The notes beneath the pieces were generated by a model, which had not been told where the DNA came from, searched no databases, and saw only the letters and a program-made list of their open reading frames with translations. A stretch of DNA of 64,000 bases from Candidatus Hodarchaeum mangrovi (lineage in GTDB: Archaea; Asgardarchaeota; Heimdallarchaeia; Hodarchaeales; Hodarchaeaceae). The stretch is from NCBI GenBank assembly GCA_016839515.1, contig JAEOUE010000127.1, positions 28,014 through 92,013 of the forward strand, in the 5' to 3' direction. A program made the translations under genes and the position numbers. How positions within the stretch are numbered: position 1 is the first letter of the stretch; each line of letters opens with the position of its first letter. Shown here piece by piece: positions 59,771 through 64,000 of the stretch.

Positions 59771-60913
59771 ATGTCAGTAGCAGAAGGAATTACCGGAAAA
59801 CCCCTTGTTATCGATAATGGTACTGGACTGAGTAAGAATGGATATGCAGGCGAAGATCAACCACGTTCTGTCTTCCCTACCTTGATTGGTTATCCAAAAT
59901 ACCAATCAATTATGTCTGACGTAGATCATTACGTTCGTGAGTATTACGTAGGTGAAGAAGCAATGAACCTACGGGGTGTACTTAAGCTCATCTATCCCAT
60001 TGTTCACGGAGTCGTCACAGATTGGGATGCTATGGAAAAAATTTGGCATTACACCTTCCACAATGATTTACGAGTAAATCCAAGTGAACATCCAATACTT
60101 CTAACAGAAGCTCCTCTTAACCCAGGAAAAAACCGTGAAAAAATGGCAGAAATCCTGTTCGAAACTTTCAATGTTCCCGCAATGTATGTCTCAATGCAAG
60201 CAGTTCTCTCTCTCTATGCCTCTGGTCGAACAACGGGATTAGTTATTGATGCAGGTGATGGTGTCATTCATATCGTTCCTATTTATGAAGGATTCGCAAT
60301 TTCCCATGCTATCAGTCGTATTGATATAGCTGGACGGGACATTACAGAGTATCTGCGAAGATTACTTCGCACCCGTGGGCGTGCATTAACGTCTTCTGCA
60401 GAACGAGAAATCGTTCGTGATATTAAAGAAAGACTATGTTATGTTGCTCTAGATCCAGAAAAAGAATTGAAATTAGCTGAAAAAGTCTCTGGTATGGAAA
60501 AGCAATACACACTCCCTGATGGTGAAACTCTTACCATTGGTCCAGAACGTTTCCTTGCCCCTGAAGCTTTCTTCAATCCCAGTGCAATCGGGAAAGAAGA
60601 AACTCCTTTGGATGAAGCAATCTATAAATCAGTTCAATTATGCGATATTGACCTTCGTAAAGAGCTCTATCAGAATATCGTCCTCTCTGGTGGAAGTACA
60701 ATGTTCCCAGGTTTAAAGGAACGATTACACAAAGAATTAACAGAGTTAGTTCCTGAAAATGTAGAGATAAGAATTGTTGCTCCTCCTGAACGACGATATT
60801 CGGTTTGGATTGGTGGATCAATTCTTTCATCATTGAAAACTTTCCAGCGTCTATGGGTATCCCGAAAAGTGTATCAAGAACAAGGCCCTGGTGTCATTAA
60901 AAGGGCTATCTAA
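59771..60913 (+). CDS. Asgard actin (eukaryote-like)
   Basis: [79 protein letters not shown]. Confidence 0.98.
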   Translation: MSVAEGITGKPLVIDNGTGLSKNGYAGEDQPRSVFPTLIGYPKYQSIMSDVDHYVREYYVGEEAMNLRGVLKLIYPIVHGVVTDWDAMEKIWHYTFHNDLRVNPSEHPILLTEAPLNPGKNREKMAEILFETFNVPAMYVSMQAVLSLYASGRTTGLVIDAGDGVIHIVPIYEGFAISHAISRIDIAGRDITEYLRRLLRTRGRALTSSAEREIVRDIKERLCYVALDPEKELKLAEKVSGMEKQYTLPDGETLTIGPERFLAPEAFFNPSAIGKEETPLDEAIYKSVQLCDIDLRKELYQNIVLSGGSTMFPGLKERLHKELTELVPENVEIRIVAPPERRYSVWIGGSILSSLKTFQRLWVSRKVYQEQGPGVIKRAI

Positions 60914-60950
60914 ACCCTCCTCTCTTTTTTTTACTTTTTTTCAATTTTTC
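60914..60950 (+). terminator. Oligo-T archaeal terminator after actin
   Basis: Pyrimidine tract with T8 and T7 runs just after the stop codon. Confidence 0.55.
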
Positions 60951-61115
60951 TTATTTATCGATAAATTCATTCTAGTATTCCTTATTCCTTTTTCAAGACA
61001 AGAACAATGGACACAAATTCTTACCTATGGACTTTTACATCAGAACATCTTTATAATCATGTTTTACGAGATTTTACTAAGTACATTCATTATTATTATT
61101 TATTTCTCTTGAAAG

Positions 61116-62648
61116 TTGGGCAGTATAATGAAATTTAAATATAATTCTATAATTAAGAATATCCTGTTGATTTTTATTTTCCTCTTATCAATTTTTCTAC
61201 CTTTTTTAAATTTTAATTTTACAATAAAGATAGTTCAAGCCGAGAATGAAATTTTATATCCACCTACATATCTTTTATCAACAAATATTAAAAATCTTCA
61301 GAGTAATGTTTATACATTAGAAGAAGAAGACATTTTTGGGGTTTGGGATTTTGTTAATAATGAAAACAAATATGTTACAGCAACATGCAAAGCTATCAAT
61401 AGAGAATCTTATATATTTGTTGATAATGCAATTATTGTTGGGGCCAATTTAACTGAAATTGGGAGAATTATAGATGATATAATGATCCCTATTATGGATT
61501 CAAATTTTGCCCCTCCAACAGATAGAGACAATAATGGAAAAATTGTAATTCTTCTGACTAGAATTTCAGGTGGAGTAGGAGGATATTTTTCTTCATCTGA
61601 TTATTGGAATTACGGAGAAATAGTATTTATTGATGCAGAACTAGGTATCAGTGACGATACACTAATTCACGAAATCCAGCATCTAGTTCATTATGGATTG
61701 GATTCAAATGAAATGCGTTGGTTTGATGAAGGATGTTCACGGTTCTCTGAAATCTTATTAAGTCTAGCTTATGGGTACAATCATTCTTTTAGCTTGTATT
61801 ATCCACGGGGAACTTCATTACTCTATTGGGATTATGATATTCCTGGGAACAATTATCAAGCATCTCAAACTTTTATTGCTTATCTCTATGATCAATATGG
61901 TTCAGCTAATCTTTCCGCAATATATCGTGCCTCTTCAGGTGGGGTAAATTTGCATAGTTCTGCAGCCATAATGGCTGTAGTAAGTCAGTACTCTCCCTCC
62001 TTAACTTTTGAACAATTATATATGAATTGGATCATAGCTAGTTCTATTGATTCTCGTTATTATGGTGATATTCGTGAATATTCATATAATTCATTCAATT
62101 GCATGCCAGACTATTATTCGTTCCCAGAGACTGGAGGATTCGCAAAAAAATATCCATATGAAGAAGTAAATCAAATCGATCCTTGGGCAACCAAAATTTA
62201 CAATTTCCGTGATTTCCCTGATCCTAATCAAATCAATATTTCATTTAACGTTCCCAGTGGATCTCATGATCATCCTTTTGGAGTCAATATTATTAAAGAA
62301 ACAATCTTTAACTTTACATACTCAGAATTTGATCTTGAATCATATTATTTTGATCCTACTAATATTTCTGAGGGCTTTTTCATTACATTAAACCAAACTG
62401 AAGAAGGATTCTCTCGCATTCTTCTTACTGTTAGTCATTTAGATGGTGGTTTAGGTGATTTCGCAAGTAATATACCAGTTTTAGAGAAGAATGTTGAATA
62501 TGAACTACATGTGATAAGTCAAGCAGAAATTAATGATTCTTCAGATACCAAAACACTTACTACTCCCTCTAAGATTTCTCTTACAATTTCACTATTTACA
62601 TATCTTATTATTGGAATTGGGATGACAATCTGGAGAAAAAAGAGATAA
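61116..62648 (+). CDS. Surface-anchored zinc metallopeptidase (HExxH; M30/MA-like)
   Basis: Signal peptide, DRDNNGKI, GYF, HEIQH...WFDEG, C-terminal TM and WRKKR. Confidence 0.85.
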   Translation: MGSIMKFKYNSIIKNILLIFIFLLSIFLPFLNFNFTIKIVQAENEILYPPTYLLSTNIKNLQSNVYTLEEEDIFGVWDFVNNENKYVTATCKAINRESYIFVDNAIIVGANLTEIGRIIDDIMIPIMDSNFAPPTDRDNNGKIVILLTRISGGVGGYFSSSDYWNYGEIVFIDAELGISDDTLIHEIQHLVHYGLDSNEMRWFDEGCSRFSEILLSLAYGYNHSFSLYYPRGTSLLYWDYDIPGNNYQASQTFIAYLYDQYGSANLSAIYRASSGGVNLHSSAAIMAVVSQYSPSLTFEQLYMNWIIASSIDSRYYGDIREYSYNSFNCMPDYYSFPETGGFAKKYPYEEVNQIDPWATKIYNFRDFPDPNQINISFNVPSGSHDHPFGVNIIKETIFNFTYSEFDLESYYFDPTNISEGFFITLNQTEEGFSRILLTVSHLDGGLGDFASNIPVLEKNVEYELHVISQAEINDSSDTKTLTTPSKISLTISLFTYLIIGIGMTIWRKKR

Positions 62649-62668
62649 TCCTTCCTTATCCTACACTA

Positions 62669-63406
62669 TTAAGCGTCAATTAATTGAGTCAAAGTTTTAC
62701 GATACATACCAACCAGTTCTTCTGAGAGTTCATTTTCAAGGATATAATTAATACGGGAAAGAACCTTCTGGATGCGATCGTGATCCCCTGCTTCGAGAAT
62801 ATTGTTTAATAATAGAATTAAAGTTTTCAATCTGACTTCTAGTAGCTTTTGTTCTTCTTTACTGAGCACATTTACGTGATAAGACTGAAGATAATTATCC
62901 ACAACTCCACGAACTTTTTCACCAGCCATGTTAACATTTATTTTCTCAAGAAGAAGCCCATCCGCTGCCTCAGTAATATCTCCAAGTACTCCTCGCTTAT
63001 TAAAAACTGGTTCTCCTCCATAAGCCTCAAAAAAGCGTTGAAAGATTCCTTGGATCTGTCTTAAGTCAATCCAAGCACTTTCCATAAGAAACGAAGGTAT
63101 TAATAATGAAATAAGATTAATCATCTGACCTCCTCGATTTTTTTCTGAGACTTCATACAAAACAGTTGAAACAGAAAACATCTCATATTCTGGAAAAGGA
63201 ATTGTAGCAAGCATTTTCGAGTAGGAAATATTAGTGGGTCGACTGGCAAAGACAGACATTCCTCTCAGTGAAACAGAAAACATAATTTCGTCAGATAAAG
63301 TCTCTGGTGTCCAAGCAATGGGAACAGCACCTTTATCTTCATCAAATTCAGTCCATAAAGCACCCATTAATATTTTATACGTTGTCATTCGTACATAACA
63401 CACCAT
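62669..63406 (-). CDS. uDENN/longin-like domain protein with helical C-terminus
   Basis: LWTEFDEDKGAVPIAWTP, IPFP, RGG: pattern typical of uDENN/longin N-termini. Confidence 0.6.
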   Translation of the reverse strand: MVCYVRMTTYKILMGALWTEFDEDKGAVPIAWTPETLSDEIMFSVSLRGMSVFASRPTNISYSKMLATIPFPEYEMFSVSTVLYEVSEKNRGGQMINLISLLIPSFLMESAWIDLRQIQGIFQRFFEAYGGEPVFNKRGVLGDITEAADGLLLEKINVNMAGEKVRGVVDNYLQSYHVNVLSKEEQKLLEVRLKTLILLLNNILEAGDHDRIQKVLSRINYILENELSEELVGMYRKTLTQLIDA

Positions 63407-63562
63407 TGAAATGATGGACAGCTAAATTGCAATTCATATCCCATGAATTTATTTATAATAAAAGAACTTCGTTGAGAATTACCAAAATATTAGTAAAACT
63501 AAAGTTCGTTTAGATTATCTTACGAAGCTACCTATCATATAAATAATTAATAAAAACCTCTT

Positions 63563-63919
63563 TTATTCTGATTCGATCACATGCTGTTCTTTGATCATTT
63601 CCTCGACAATCCTACAAATTTTGAGGATTTTAAGGTCAGCTAAAGAATAATATACTTCGTTATGCTCGCGTCTTGTATTTACAACACCTTTATCCCTTAA
63701 AACCTTTAAATGTTGGGATATAAAAGGCTGACGCTCCTTAGTTAATTCCTGAATTGTATTAACATTCTTTTCTCCATCCTTAAGGAGATAAAGTAACTTT
63801 AATCGAAATGGATGCGTTAAAGACTGGCAAAGATTGGCCTGTAATTCTAAAAGACTATCTTCTCCACCGTTCAAGTCCATTTCTGTCAATTCAAAGCTCA
63901 TATTACCACTAATTAGCAT
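63563..63919 (-). CDS. ArsR/SmtB-family transcriptional regulator
   Basis: LTHPFRLKLL, ISQHLKVLRDKGVV..RR....VYYSL. Confidence 0.93.
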   Translation of the reverse strand: MLISGNMSFELTEMDLNGGEDSLLELQANLCQSLTHPFRLKLLYLLKDGEKNVNTIQELTKERQPFISQHLKVLRDKGVVNTRREHNEVYYSLADLKILKICRIVEEMIKEQHVIESE

Positions 63920-64000
63920 ATTGTAAAAAAGCTATATAACGTTTCTTGTAATATTCAAAAAGAGGAATACTTTTAAATACACAATCAAAATTCTAATCAA

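Noticed and set aside
60891-61112. 73-aa hydrophobic ORF after actin
   Set aside because: Runs through the oligo-T terminator; its hydrophobicity reflects T-richness.
1174-63064. Many 60-140 aa ORFs in the track lying antisense to or nested in long genes (e.g. 1174..1437, 9679..9867, 19458..19733, 25375..25689, 29798..30214, 49924..50229, 60573..60833)
   Set aside because: Shadow ORFs of well-supported genes, with no recognisable motifs.

Overview
AT-rich chromosomal window from an Asgard archaeon (probably Heimdallarchaeia/Hodarchaeales; the finer placement is inference). The assignment rests on a bona fide actin, a Rab-like GTPase, a tandem-roadblock protein and a uDENN/longin-like protein alongside archaeal RadA, type II GAPDH and PolB. 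The first ~22 kb is a dense DNA recombination/repair cluster. It mixes apparently intact enzymes (RadA, a RadB-like ATPase, XPD, TPR-Hrq1/YprA) with apparently catalytically dead homologues (Cas4-like, a second RecA-fold protein, a HerA/VirB4-like ATPase, a Hef/XPF-like protein). It also holds YdjM- and MmcB-like genes and membrane or cell-surface proteins, and is the best candidate for an undescribed system. Downstream are a luxE/luxC-like pair, an HTH-HTH-ParA/MinD module behind a perfect 20-bp palindrome, an ABC transporter, a GT-C glycosyltransferase, divergent RtcB and GalT/HIT genes, and tandem wHTH paralogues before gap. The rest includes a GTPase/roadblock neighbourhood, a Pro-rich protein with a WH2-like end, a membrane-anchored thioester alpha-2-macroglobulin, PolB, an MFS-DUF47 fusion and actin. 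No rRNA, tRNA, CRISPR array or transposase was recognised. All calls come from motif reading by eye; no database searches were run.
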